DNA of 63,995 nt, filler included, from Folioceros fuciformis (Eukaryota): NCBI GenBank assembly GCA_049999805.1. It is 7 parts of 7 records of this genome, joined end to end, with 100 filler letters (N's around TTAATTAATTAA, not from the genome) between each part and the next. Parts side by side here need not be neighbours in the genome. Positions count along the whole stretch, not along the records: positions 1 to 11,118 come from JBNGIO010005070.1; 6 more parts are not named here. One strand, 5' to 3'. Under the pieces are notes generated by a model. It made no database searches. It saw nothing but the letters and a program-made list of their open reading frames with translations, and was not told the DNA's origin. Both the position numbers and the translations under genes were made by a program. Each line of letters starts with the position of its first letter. Position 1 is the stretch's first letter. Of this stretch, positions 1 to 11,218 are shown one piece after another.

Positions 1-133
1 ACTTATCCTATCCAGCTCCATCAATTCCCCGTCGTCCCAATGGCTTCGGCCTTCCTATCTCACGAGGCAGCATTAATCTTGTTCGGGGATGGCCGTGTGG
101 CCATGCTCTGGACATACGAGTTCATAATATTTG

Positions 134-3100
134 TTACTGGTTTCTGGCAAGCAGTTCGTCGATTTGCCCTTTGCTATTATACATGGCAATGAGCTTTTTA
201 GAGTAGGTTGGGATGTGTTGCTCGGCCCTGAAACGTGCAAGGGAGGTACATTAAACAACTGACTCCAACACGACAAGCAAGGACATCCACACACGGGATT
301 ACCTCTTCTTCCCCCATGCACGGTGGACATGGAGGTGATTCCTGATGGTGTGATAGTCCAGCGAGTATCGTCCAAACTCCAGTCCTTTTGGTCCAATCTG
401 CTCCAGGGAACGGCCCACTTAAGACTCTGCAGGAATTGACAGTAGTGTCCCACAGTTCTGTGACAGGAATTGAAGGGACAGCGCCCTGCTCACCAAGTTA
501 AGGAGGAAGGCAATGATGTTTCCTACGAGTCGAGGTGCAGGGGGTGTCTTCTCCTTTCCTTTTGTTTGCACCACAGTTAGGCCAAGGCTTCAGCACATTA
601 CAAACCCTGATGCTAAAACAACAGAGAAGAAAACAGCTGGTAGACCTAATTTTGCCTTGTCATCCGCTTTCACCGTCTCCATCACGAATGGGACCCTGTT
701 ACCCTGGATTATCAGGGGGGGAAGGATCATCCATACGGTTTAGCTGGAAGGAGCAATCTGCAAATGAGTTCGCGGAAAGAACTAGAATTCGCACCGTGCT
801 TATGGTTGGTGTTATTTCAAGAAGATCACGAACTGTCTCCAGCATTTCTCGACCCCTCTCATTCCTGAATGGTGCCAGGCAACGTCCACCAGGTGTTACA
901 GCAGTTAGTTCTCACCCCTCAGCACACAACTACGTAGCATCTGTGTGCAGACAAACGTCGAATGAAAGAGTCTACCATCTGCAGCTCACCTGATGGTGAC
1001 ATACTGTGGATGGCGTGTCATGGGCACACCGGCAGATTTTGGGACTCCCATGTACCCGACAACCAAGTCCTGTAAACACAGAAACTTCAGAAAACTGATG
1101 CCAGAATTTGAAGTGCACCCTTTCAGCCTGCGACGATGGACAGATGAACATAGAGAAGGGAACAGGACATACTGCAAGGCCGTTGGTGTAGTCAAAACAG
1201 CTATACATCCACATAAGTTTAGCACAATTGTCAGGCACATTTCCGTCTGCGCAGTCACAACGTGAACTGTACTTGGACAAAAGGTCCTTGCGACAAAGAT
1301 GCAGACAGACCTGTAGCAGGATGGTGCTATGACGTCATTGAGTTCATCCGCTGGCAAGCAAAAGTATGGTACCTATGTTGGGACGCATGAGCTTTAGCTT
1401 CCGAGTTCAACATTCCAACTCGCATGTCGTGTTGTGTCTGTGTTCACGACCTTCTTTGCAAGAGCAGCACTGAGCTTACCTCTTCGTTACGGCCATCCAG
1501 ATGTTTGAGGTGAACCTGTCATACAGGATAGAATGTCCGCTAATGAAATCCACGTGAAAAAGGCATGGAAACTTTCAGGAGGACACCACATTATCTGCCT
1601 CAAACGTTACCTTGTAGTCCTGCATGAACTCATAATGCAAAACGGTTTCGGGATCGTCACTTGCAGCTTTCAAGAACTTATCCAGTCCCTGCCTGGGGCC
1701 ATTGTCCACTGACATCCACACAAATACAAATAACTGGCACCCGATGTTAAACCCAGCTCAGGGAGGAGAAGTGGACACGAGGACCATTCATGTCCCTGCG
1801 GAAATGATATTACGGTTTACAGGCCTATGATGAAACTAGCATCAGCCAGGAGTTTTTTCCCAGCAGCAGAATTGTTCTACGAGACTCACCACAGTTTGTG
1901 CCAAGGACATACAGCTTCTCCAGGCCAAGATGTCTCTCCACTGACCGTAAGGCTGCGAACGCCAGAAATAAGCGTTGGCAACGGCTGGAGTGTATTTTTA
2001 TCACTCACGATTCTGTATGAAGGTCTACCCTGACGGATTCATAGAAAGCGTCCTGGTACCTTGAACTTGACAGCCAACCCCACAGAAAAGGAGCCGTTTC
2101 ACTCCTGCTGCCTATAGGAGCATCCAGAAGTCAATGGGTGAAGAGAATAGCTTCCCAGTTCATGAGATTCTAACCGTCCACAGTCATGATTGCAAAGACA
2201 GGATACCTCGACCAGAGCTAGTGTGTTCAGATTTGGGGACAATGTCGGTTTCACACCTCTTGCTGCCAAAACCTCTTCCGGTGTCCTGTAGAGAGGAGAC
2301 ACCATTTATCACGTTTGCAAGTTTTCAGAAACAGGCCTGGCGGTGCAGAAGGCAACTGAAAGCAATTTGGTCATGTTGCAGACCTTGCTAGGACTGGCTT
2401 TGGTTTGAAACGGTCCTCTGGATCACTGCAAAACACACACTACTAGCACTTAATTTCAATCTTTTGGCAAGCAGGTGAGATAAACGTGAAGACTGTCCGG
2501 TCTGAAGGAAATGTAAACATCAAGTCAACTTAGGAGACCTTTGCACACAAATGACAGCATCAACTCGATTTGAACGCAGCATTTCCACTGCAATTGCCGT
2601 CACAATTCCTGTCCATTGAGCACCTGTCGAACAAAACACCTGAAAGTCAGCAGTTACGAAATGCAAGCAAGCAAGGCAGACAAGTCAAAAGCTCAAACCT
2701 TCGATAGGCTCAATCTTCCGGGCGTAAAGCATTTCCTCGTGAACTCCGAAGTGCAAGTCATCCAACGAATCCAAATTTCTGCCCCGACCATGCACTTGGG
2801 GTTCAAGCGCCTGCATACAAGACGTGTCAAACATTGGCCCAACTTCCCAGGACTCTGCACACACCTATCGAACAAACAAGGAAATTATACCTCAATCCTG
2901 GACATGCCATCCCCCAGAAAAGCACAAGCCTCTTTCACATGGGCAATGTAATATGTATCGCACAGCCCGCACTGGCTGCAGGATTACAGGCAAGTGACTT
3001 CAGAACACCACTTGGATACAGCCCGGAAATGTCATGTCACAGGAACTGAAAGTTAGGATCTGAAAGTCTGCTCTTGCCTGCAGTGATCCTTGGCAGGGTA

Positions 3101-3451
3101 GGTAGACCCGGGCTTGATGGGTTTTGATTTGCTTCTCCAGTCACCTGCAGAAGTGCAAGACAGCCATTACGCTGTCGCCCAGAAACTGTACTCTTGGAAG
3201 TAGATAGCTCCGAACCCCCCACCTTGCGCTCTGACGGTCATCGCCCAGGGCCCCGCACGGGTCTTGCAATAGCGGCCCACAGCAACGTCACTATTTTCCA
3301 CGCTGTGGAGGCCGGGGGAGGGAGAATGGACACCACTCAGCCAAGCAGGAGGCGAAACGAGACCATTGGTGAGGGACGAGAATCGTGGTGGCAAGGGGTG
3401 CCAGATGGCTGGACACGAGGACACCGGATTCACAACGGGTGGACAAGCCAT
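134..3451 (-). CDS. HCAR: 7-hydroxymethyl chlorophyll a reductase, chloroplast; 19 coding exons
   Basis: Manual splicing gives a transit-peptide-like N-terminus (ATG 3449-3451), then YPAKDHCSQCGLCDTYYIAHVKEACAFLGDGMSRIE, GAQWTGIVT, RTPEEVLAARGVKPTLSPNLN, LLFCGVGCQVQALR, VLGTNCVDNG, VLHYEFMQDYKVHLKH, DVIAPSCYSCFDYTNGLADLVVGYMGVP, GPKGLEFGRYSLDYHTIRN. Stop TAA 134-136. All introns GT-AG except one GC-AG (2976-3077). Confidence 0.96.
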
Positions 3452-3672
3452 CGAGGTGGGAGTCTCACGCCAGAGACACTCTAGAATGCGAATTACACGG
3501 GCCGAAAAGAGCTGGTGAGCTGATTCTGCATGTTGTCAATGCAGGCCCCGGCAACCGTGGCGCTGAAGGCTCCAGAATAGATGCTCCCGGGCTGTGGAAC
3601 TGGGGGTTTGATCTACCTGTAGTCCCAGCATCGGGAAAGCTGTGGTGACAGCTGAGCTGCCTCGTGTGTGGA
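3452..3672. promoter_or_regulatory. Short divergent (bidirectional) promoter region between HCAR and the RraA-like gene
   Basis: Only 221 nt separate the HCAR ATG (-) from the first in-frame ATG of the RraA-like gene (+). Confidence 0.6.
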
Positions 3673-4341
3673 ATGCTTTCCAGTTTCAGGTTTCAGACCC
3701 TGGTCAAGAATGCTCTGCTCTGCTACGACCCACTGTTGAAGAGAGTGTTTCGACACAAGGTGAGCAGTGAAGGGAGCGCATGCTTGCTGCGGATGAATGC
3801 AAGACAGGTCGCTGACGTGCAGCGTTTGATGCAGGTAGGCGTGAGGTCAATGGCTTCCAACACTACCGACTTGTGTGATGCACACGAGGAGAAGCTAGAA
3901 ATGGGCGAGCTGAGGGTGTGTGCTCCAGTTTTTTCTTCCTATGGACGCCGTTCCAACTTCAGAGGTCCTGTAGCGACTGTGAAGGTGTTCGAAGACAATG
4001 TCCTCGTGCGGAAAGCGCTGTCAGAAGAAGGGCAGGGCAAGGTATTGCTGGTTGATGGAGGCGGCAGCTTACGGTGTGCATTGCTAGGAGGGAACCTCGC
4101 AACTATGGCACGAGATAATGGGTGGGCAGGCATCGTTGTGAATGGGTGCGTGCGGGATGTGGACGAGATAAATGCTTGTGAAATTGGTGTGAGGGCTCTG
4201 GCTTCCCATCCAGTCAAAAGTAAGAAGAAAGGACAAGGTGAGACAAATGTAGCTATATTTGTGGCTGGAGTCCGCATAGCCCCTGGAGACTGGTGTTATG
4301 CTGATAACGATGGAGTCATTGTCTCCAACGTTGAGCTGTGA
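3673..4341 (+). CDS. RraA-like protein / putative 4-hydroxy-4-methyl-2-oxoglutarate aldolase
   Basis: Family motifs [76 protein letters not shown]. The core starts at ATG 3850. An upstream in-frame ATG at 3673 with a probable 75-nt intron (3760-3834, GTGAG...CTGAC...GCAG) adds an N-terminal extension. Confidence 0.92.
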   Translation: MLSSFRFQTLVKNALLCYDPLLKRVFRHKVSSEGSACLLRMNARQVADVQRLMQVGVRSMASNTTDLCDAHEEKLEMGELRVCAPVFSSYGRRSNFRGPVATVKVFEDNVLVRKALSEEGQGKVLLVDGGGSLRCALLGGNLATMARDNGWAGIVVNGCVRDVDEINACEIGVRALASHPVKSKKKGQGETNVAIFVAGVRIAPGDWCYADNDGVIVSNVEL

Positions 4342-4897
4342 TCTAGGCTGCCTTCTAGGTGTCTGAGATTTGCATGCGATCAGCTGTCCCCGTTCCAACA
4401 ACAATGGCAACTCGTAGTGCTCCAGTCTCCTACATCATCTGTTGTTCGGTCTGAACAAGGATCCGTTGGGCAGATTGGACTTGCTCATTGACAGAAGCAT
4501 GTCACAAGTAGCATTTGTTGGCAACAAGCCGGTAAGATCGGATTGACCAGCTGACAGTGCAATTCCGATTCCTGCCTAAGTGACTATGCTTAATCCACAG
4601 ATAGGAGCTATCCTTAGAGACTGTGCACGGACAATCTTGATAGTCTGTCCACAGATGCAGGATCTCCACGTGAGTTATTCTCTCTTTCTAGGTACATAAA
4701 GGTTTAGCCTCATTCGGGTTCTGGTTGGCTTGCTCGCTTTCAAGCCGTTGTTGCCGCTTTTGGGGACTTGGGGTGGTTTGGAAAATTGTTCAGTACATGT
4801 CCCTAATGTTCTTCTATGCATGAAGTCTAAGGCTTTGCATCTGCTCTGATCTAGCTAACAAAAGTTTCCTGTCCGTCAACGATTCTCTGCTCCATTC

Positions 4898-7800
4898 TTA
4901 CTTATAACCTGTGCCGCTGTCGTTGAAAGGCAGTGGTACCTGATTGACAGCCCTGAACTTCCCAACGTTGTTCAGGTGCTCATTCTCCAAGCTGCAAACA
5001 AATACCCCAGGACACTGATGAGCGTTTCATATCTGAATGGCTTTGCCTGCCCAAGGGACATGAAAGAAGCACAGAGTTTGAACAAACGAACCGATAAAAA
5101 TTCCACTGGCCACGCCGGATGACTTCAAGGGCAGCAAACGTGAAGTCTGTGAGGTTGTTCGTCAAACCATACTGTGGGGTATGTATCAACGTGTATATCC
5201 ACGCTAGTCGCAATACAGAGTTGAGTGCCTGCCAAGGAATATCCAACATCAGAAGCATCCAAAGGCGTCCAACTTCATCCGAGATCTCGTCACTCTCTGG
5301 TCATGGCAGACAGTGAGTGACATGTTATGCTTACCATTGAGATGAAATATAGATACTTTCTCTTGAGGATGAGCTGATCCCGGAGCCAAGGATTTGCTGA
5401 GTTTCTCCGAAGAAGTCCCCAATCAACCACTATGTCCCAGTAGATTTGATAAATGGTAGCGATGACTGAAGATGTTATAAACAAACTCTGCCATACCGCG
5501 GAATGGTTCCTTGTGTATGTCACTCGCATCACAACAGCTACCATTGCTGACAAGTACTTGCCCAGATTGGCTACGTGTGCCGGGTCCCGATCCTCGTCAA
5601 TCCACCTTCTCAGGCACTGTTTTGGAGCAAAACACATAGACAAGATTCTCGTTGTGAAAAGCCACGTCTCATTCATTGAAGCATGAAGGCACAGGGAGCT
5701 GAAGAGCCGCGGTGGAAGACGGGATGGGCAGAGAGGTCACCACCTGCATGATCCTCCACCAATAAGGCAGCATGGACACGATGTATTCGAAGCTCCAGAA
5801 GAGTTTGGAACCAGTGCAGTGCGTGGAAATGTCGGTGCTGTTTGTCCCATGGATCGATCCTATGCAGTAGCACGCAGCATACTCGAGATTTCTCAAACCC
5901 GTAACCTGAAAATTCACTCAGGATGACGACTGTCAGTTCACAGTCGCAGGAAATGTGATCTGCCGTGGTTCAGACTTCTTTTGACTGCATCTGCTACAAC
6001 ATTAGAGATTTTATAAGAACCGTAAAATGGGGTGAATTGTGTTATTGTTAAGTGAAAGCATGATGATGGAGGCATCTGACCTGGCTTGTAATCTGATCGG
6101 CAACGAAGAAATCAACCAGGACGACCTGTCATATGAGAGAGACCACAGCTGAGGTGAGGATCAAGGGCCGTCCGGAGCTGCGATTGATGACTAATTCTCT
6201 TGGGTTGTTTGTTTTCACCTCGTACAATGGGGCAAGCATGACTCTCGTGAGGCATTTGAGAAATATGATTCTCGAAGACTTGTACAACAGATTGAAAGGG
6301 AGGAACAGAAACGACAGAAATACCTGTGCGGCGCAAATCACAGCAGGCCCCATTATCAGAATTGGTCTACGGAAGAACCAGGACAGTGTAATTGGAGGCG
6401 TTTAAAGTACAATGCAACGGTTTTACGGCTTACCACGGTCACCGTGAGTGGGATGCTCACGCTCTTGATGCCCAGAAATGTGTCCTTTCTCGAATTCGCA
6501 ACAAGATGAGAAAGCATGCCGAGAGTCAAAACTGTGGTGAGCACAGTACTCAGTAGCAAGACTTCACGAGACCGCAGCTCCGTGCCAGGTGCAAACTCAA
6601 AGATGAACGCGTAGTTGATTCGCACCCTTTGCCAGAGGTATAAATTGCCGCAGTAAAGGTAAAGGTGCAACAGGATCAACGCCAAAATGCTGTATAGAGA
6701 AAAGGACGAAAAATCAGCATGTGTTCGTGGCACATGATATGAATACAAGTGCCTCATGAGCCTTCAGGTATCCTGCATACTTGCAAGCGACACGGTTGAT
6801 CAGAAAGGCAACCTGAAGATCGGAAACACCGCTGTATCGTCCTTGAAATGGTATCTTTTCAACAACACAAGATAAACCAGAAACAACCCCAAGGAACAGC
6901 CGGAAAAGACCCCTGCAAGCCGACCACATGTTCGGGGATGAGCCGGTCTGCTACTCCTACCAAATGTGGGTGTACAATGGGAAACAGAGATGTGTACTTG
7001 CCTGACAGAAAGGTTATGCTGTGTGAAGCCTTTTGTCTTGTTGGCTTCAGATACGCCATGGCTTGACGCTCGTTCTTTTTGGTGAAGTGTTCAGTGAAGA
7101 TGCCTTCTACCCTTTCCATGAGCTTGACCACCTGCCAGCTCAGTAGTTCTATGAATCTACCTTCGGAGCAGCCTTATTAAAGTCCGTTGCTTCACAAGAG
7201 GCGAGACACGCTTGGGGACCTCCTGGACCGGAAAAGTGAATGAACAAACCGAAGTACCTTGTCAGAGCCGGCAAAGTATGATGTTTCGATTGCCCTCAGA
7301 TACGTGTCTGAAGTGTGTCGTCCTGTGACCTGGGGTGCAGAAAATTGAAGTCGATTAGTGACGGTCGCTGGAAGTCCAAGCTGGGTGATGTTCAAGTTCG
7401 TGCACGATTTCAATTTGTGCGCCATTGCTGCTCATCACCTTGTCATACTTCTTGAGAATTTTCTCGAAGGCTTGCATGTTAAGAGAGCTGTTCCAACAGT
7501 GGGAGTGTCAGTAGTTGCGATCAGAGGCCAGCCCGAATGCATTGGGCTGGGAGCAAGAACGACGTACCTAAAGCTCGCCAGCAAGGTTAACCCACGATAG
7601 AACTCTGTGAATGCAGCCCGAAGCATTTTCTGTGCACCTTGAACTTTTTTCTCGCTTATCGTCCTGTGAAACTCTTCCTTGCCCTCGTGCGAGAATCCTT
7701 TGTTTTCCTCCAATGCTTGTCGTTTCTTCGAAGTGCCAGCCATTTCCTCCCATAGCATCCTAGAAAGAGCCGAAATGGCTTCAAGCGATTGGCATTGCAG

Positions 7801-9045
7801 AGGAATGTTGACTACCATGGCGGGGGGAACGGACGAGGTGCATTGAATGTTAGACCCTGCAAAGCTGCAGTGCTGGTACGTGCACCCGACTCTCTCGTCC
7901 CCTATTGGGTGACACACATGCTCGCTCAGTTGAAGATCATATTCCGGGTTTGCCTGCAACGTCAGAGCTGTCTGGCCACCTAGCTTGGGCTGCAGCTCAC
8001 CGTTGCTGACAGCCAGCAGGTTGAGAGAGAAGGGGTTTAATTTGCTCTTCTCAGCAGCTACGTCCACCATCTTGGCCTCTTCTGAGTAGCCTTTGCCTGA
8101 AATGACAAATGCGTTAGCCACGAGAAGAAAACGTTGATGCCGGAACCTGTCACCCAGCTCCTCCTAACAAGGTGCTGTTTTGAGCAAACTCAAGGAGCAG
8201 CAGTAGTGGATTGTTGCGGCTGAAGTCACCTGCTGATGTCAGAATTTGGAGGTCGGCATCAAAATCATCAGGGCTTTCGACATCACTGTCGAAGGGGGAG
8301 AGATGAGAAACCCGAGTCGGACCACGAGACCGAGTCTTTTGCATGTCAACCAGAGTCCTCATTTGCGTTTCCAATTGGTGAGCCCTGATTATGAACTCTC
8401 CCTCCTTCCTCTGATAGAACCTGTCGACGATGTTGAGCTGTTCATCCAGCAGTTTGAAGAAAATCTTCTCGTGCTCCGCAGCTGCAATGCAGGGCTCGAG
8501 GATTTCTGTTTCGTAGTATTCTCCGGCGTGAGTCTCCGACTGCCGCTGATGGACCTGCCACATTGCATCGATCGTCCATATTACGAGCCCGCTCCAGAAT
8601 CCTTTGAACTATGTGCTAGCCAAGACACTTGTGAATTCTATCCATTGATCACCGCTCTTCACCGACAGACAGACAGACAGACAGACGGACAAAATCACGA
8701 ATTGCGAACCTTGATAGACGGGATGGAGGCCGAAGGCTTAAACGCGTGACCGGTCCGACGAGCCATCCCCGTGAATGCTACCAACGGGACTCCTGGAATC
8801 CTCACCACCTGGTGCTGGAGCGAATCAGTGGAGGAATTGGTGCTTCCGGTCTCGACGTCATTGTCGTCGGGATGGAGCTCCAGGGCCATGTGCAGCGCGG
8901 CTCTGCCCACCAGGGGGACCTTGCTGCCCTGGTAATGGTGCTGCTTTATCCTCTTGATCTGCTGCTTGAGGAGCTTGTAGTTGCAGTAGGCATCCGTCCA
9001 TTCCGGCACAACCTGCCTCGCAAGCTGCTTCTTGAACTTCGCCAT
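4898..9045 (-). CDS. PHO1: Phosphate exporter PHO1 family (SPX + EXS domains); 14 coding exons
   Basis: [160 protein letters not shown]. Stop TAA 4898-4900. Confidence 0.95.
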
Positions 9046-10297
9046 GTCTTAACGGATGTAGGCCAAGCTGCTGATTAGAAGCGGCCTGGCATGTATTTCT
9101 TGATGGTAGTCAGCTTGATCATCAACTAATTCTATTCTGATTAATCCGGGTCCCGTCCTTGTGATCGTACTCCATCTGCGACCTGACAGTCTGATTCACT
9201 ACCTGGGGTGTCAGAGCTACTTTTGGATGTCTACTATTGGCCTGTCACTCTTCGTTTCAAAGACGCAGCAGAGCCAGATGTGGCAATGAAGCTCCTGGAC
9301 ATAACCGACTTCTGTTGGCGCCCGCTGCAGTCACAGAGCGTACTGGAAAACTGGACAATATCTGGGAGTGGTCTGCAGGCACAACATCTCTTTTACTGAT
9401 TTCGTTCGTGGAGTTGGGAGAGGCGCGATTCCACAACCTGCAGAAAAAACTTTGCGATCATTTCAACCAAGCACGGTTCTGGTGGGTAGCAAGATTGCGA
9501 TTCCCTTCGCTGTGAGAGCAAATCAGTCCTAGCTCCTATTGGTTGAACTTTCTCCAAGCGGTGGTTTCTCCCAAGAGATTCTGATGGGGAACCCAACACT
9601 GACAAGTGAGCCTAGACGGATACGCTTCTTGGAAGCTCCTAGTTGACCTCCCAGTCTTGCTCTCAGCGGTGTGCCCGTCACCTGCACAGCAGGCAACCGA
9701 AGTTGCGCGCACGACATGGAGAGGCCAGAGATCTCTTGCATCCAACATTCACGTGGGCAAGCAAGCGGCCCCACAATTCGTCCATCATCCCCTGTCTCCC
9801 ACCCAAGCCCACAGATTTCAGCATTCTATAGCCAGGTCCACTGCAGCGTTACCAGAACACAGATGTCGAACACTCTAGAAACTTTGCTGACATTAATATT
9901 GGCTCCAAGCTTCACCCAAAAACTCGTAGGATCACATTGCCACAAAACACAAGGAGTGTCATCGTTCTGTGGCTCGGGATTGTTTAATCGTTTGCAACGG
10001 CGCGGGTGGTGGAGAGAACGTCAAAGGAGAGGACAGAAAAGCACATCGTTTTGCAAACACCGATTGAGAAAGATCCGAGAGCAAAGACGCCATGCATGGA
10101 GTCTAGCCGGCATTCCTTGTCGCAAATTTTTCAAGTCGTTCCCAAGAGACCCGTGAAGGAGAGAAACCCGGCAGCAGAAGCAGCACACACACACACACAA
10201 GTGAACGGAGGCAGGACAGAGGGCTGCCACACCGACCTGCTCGCTTTCCAGTCACAGGAACAGTCTACACCGCCAAAGCCAGGGGAAAAGAAGCTAC

Positions 10298-10403
10298 CTG
10301 TAGCTCTAGAAGCTTTGCGTGTGCGCTCCAGAGCTGCATTTGCCGAATTTCTTGCCTGCTGGGTAGTGGTGGCAGAGCAGCAGGAGCAGCGGAGGCCTTT
10401 ATA
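10298..10403 (-). promoter_or_regulatory. Putative TATA box and first non-coding exon of PHO1
   Basis: Minus-strand TATAAA at 10403-10398, followed ~100 nt later by a donor-like CAG|GTAG at 10298/10297. No other coding gene was found between here and the PHO1 ATG. Confidence 0.4.
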
Positions 10404-11118
10404 AGACGACGGCTCTAGAGCGGTCCCTTTCCTGCTCCCAGCTGCCATGGCGACATTCGCGCCGGGTCCCTGACCCTGGACAGCAAGCATTACAGAGGTG
10501 GACCTATGGGCGGAGGCAGAGGCATGGCAGACCTGGGGAGAAGGAAAATTACATGTTTGTCCTGGGGGCAGTACATGTACAGAAGGCGGAGCATCCGGGA
10601 AGGGAGGGGCACGAAAGAAAGAAAGCAGGCAAGAGAATGAGGCCAAGCCGTCACATAACCCACGCTGCCCAGGACGGCCTACCTCAGCCTTGCCTGCCTC
10701 GAAAGCTTGTTCTAGATAGTAACAGTGAGCTGAATCTTCTGGGCCCTCTGTTCTTTAAGGCAGGCTGGTAGACCAGAGGATGCTCTGCAGCTCGAATCCC
10801 GTACTAGACATAAACAGAAACCCGGCAAAGCGAAAATTCCTCACCCAGATTATTCCATCTCACTTTGCACTCACTGCACTTGTGGCCTGCAGGTGAGTGG
10901 TTTGTGAATTTCTCAACCTTCATTGGCCACCTTCCCAGCACAGGCCACCACACATGAGTACTGTTACAAAGGGCAAATTCAAACAACTCGGTGTTGTCGT
11001 GTCCTGTCTGCTCTGCTCAGTAGCGTGACCTTGGCCGTGGTGAACAAACTCGACGGTGCAAACCTCTCAAGCAACACAAATATCTTGTGCCGGATCCATC
11101 AACATCCCAGGCCTAAAG

Positions 11119-11218
11119 NNNNNNNNNNNNNNNNNNNNNNNNNNNNNNNNNNNNNNNNNNNNTTAATTAATTAANNNNNNNNNNNNNNNNNNNNNNNNNN
11201 NNNNNNNNNNNNNNNNNN
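11119..11218. other. Artificial contig linker
   Basis: N44-TTAATTAATTAA-N44 (six-frame stop linker). Confidence 0.98.

Noticed and set aside
5237-5244. P1BS-like GAATATCC
   Set aside because: A single degenerate 8-mer in a 3' intron of PHO1; none noticed near the putative promoter; likely chance.
73-9078. Numerous short ORFs antisense or out of frame to HCAR, RraA and PHO1
   Set aside because: Shadows of real exons or exon-intron read-through.
9393-11118. ORFs of 60-170 aa upstream of PHO1 as a separate gene
   Set aside because: No conserved motifs; the region reads as promoter, 5' UTR and intron sequence with a CA microsatellite.
11119-11218. Palindromic TTAATTAATTAA repeated six times within N runs
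   Set aside because: Identical 100-nt artificial linker; not biological. ORFs ending in X...LIN and cross-linker adjacency were ignored.
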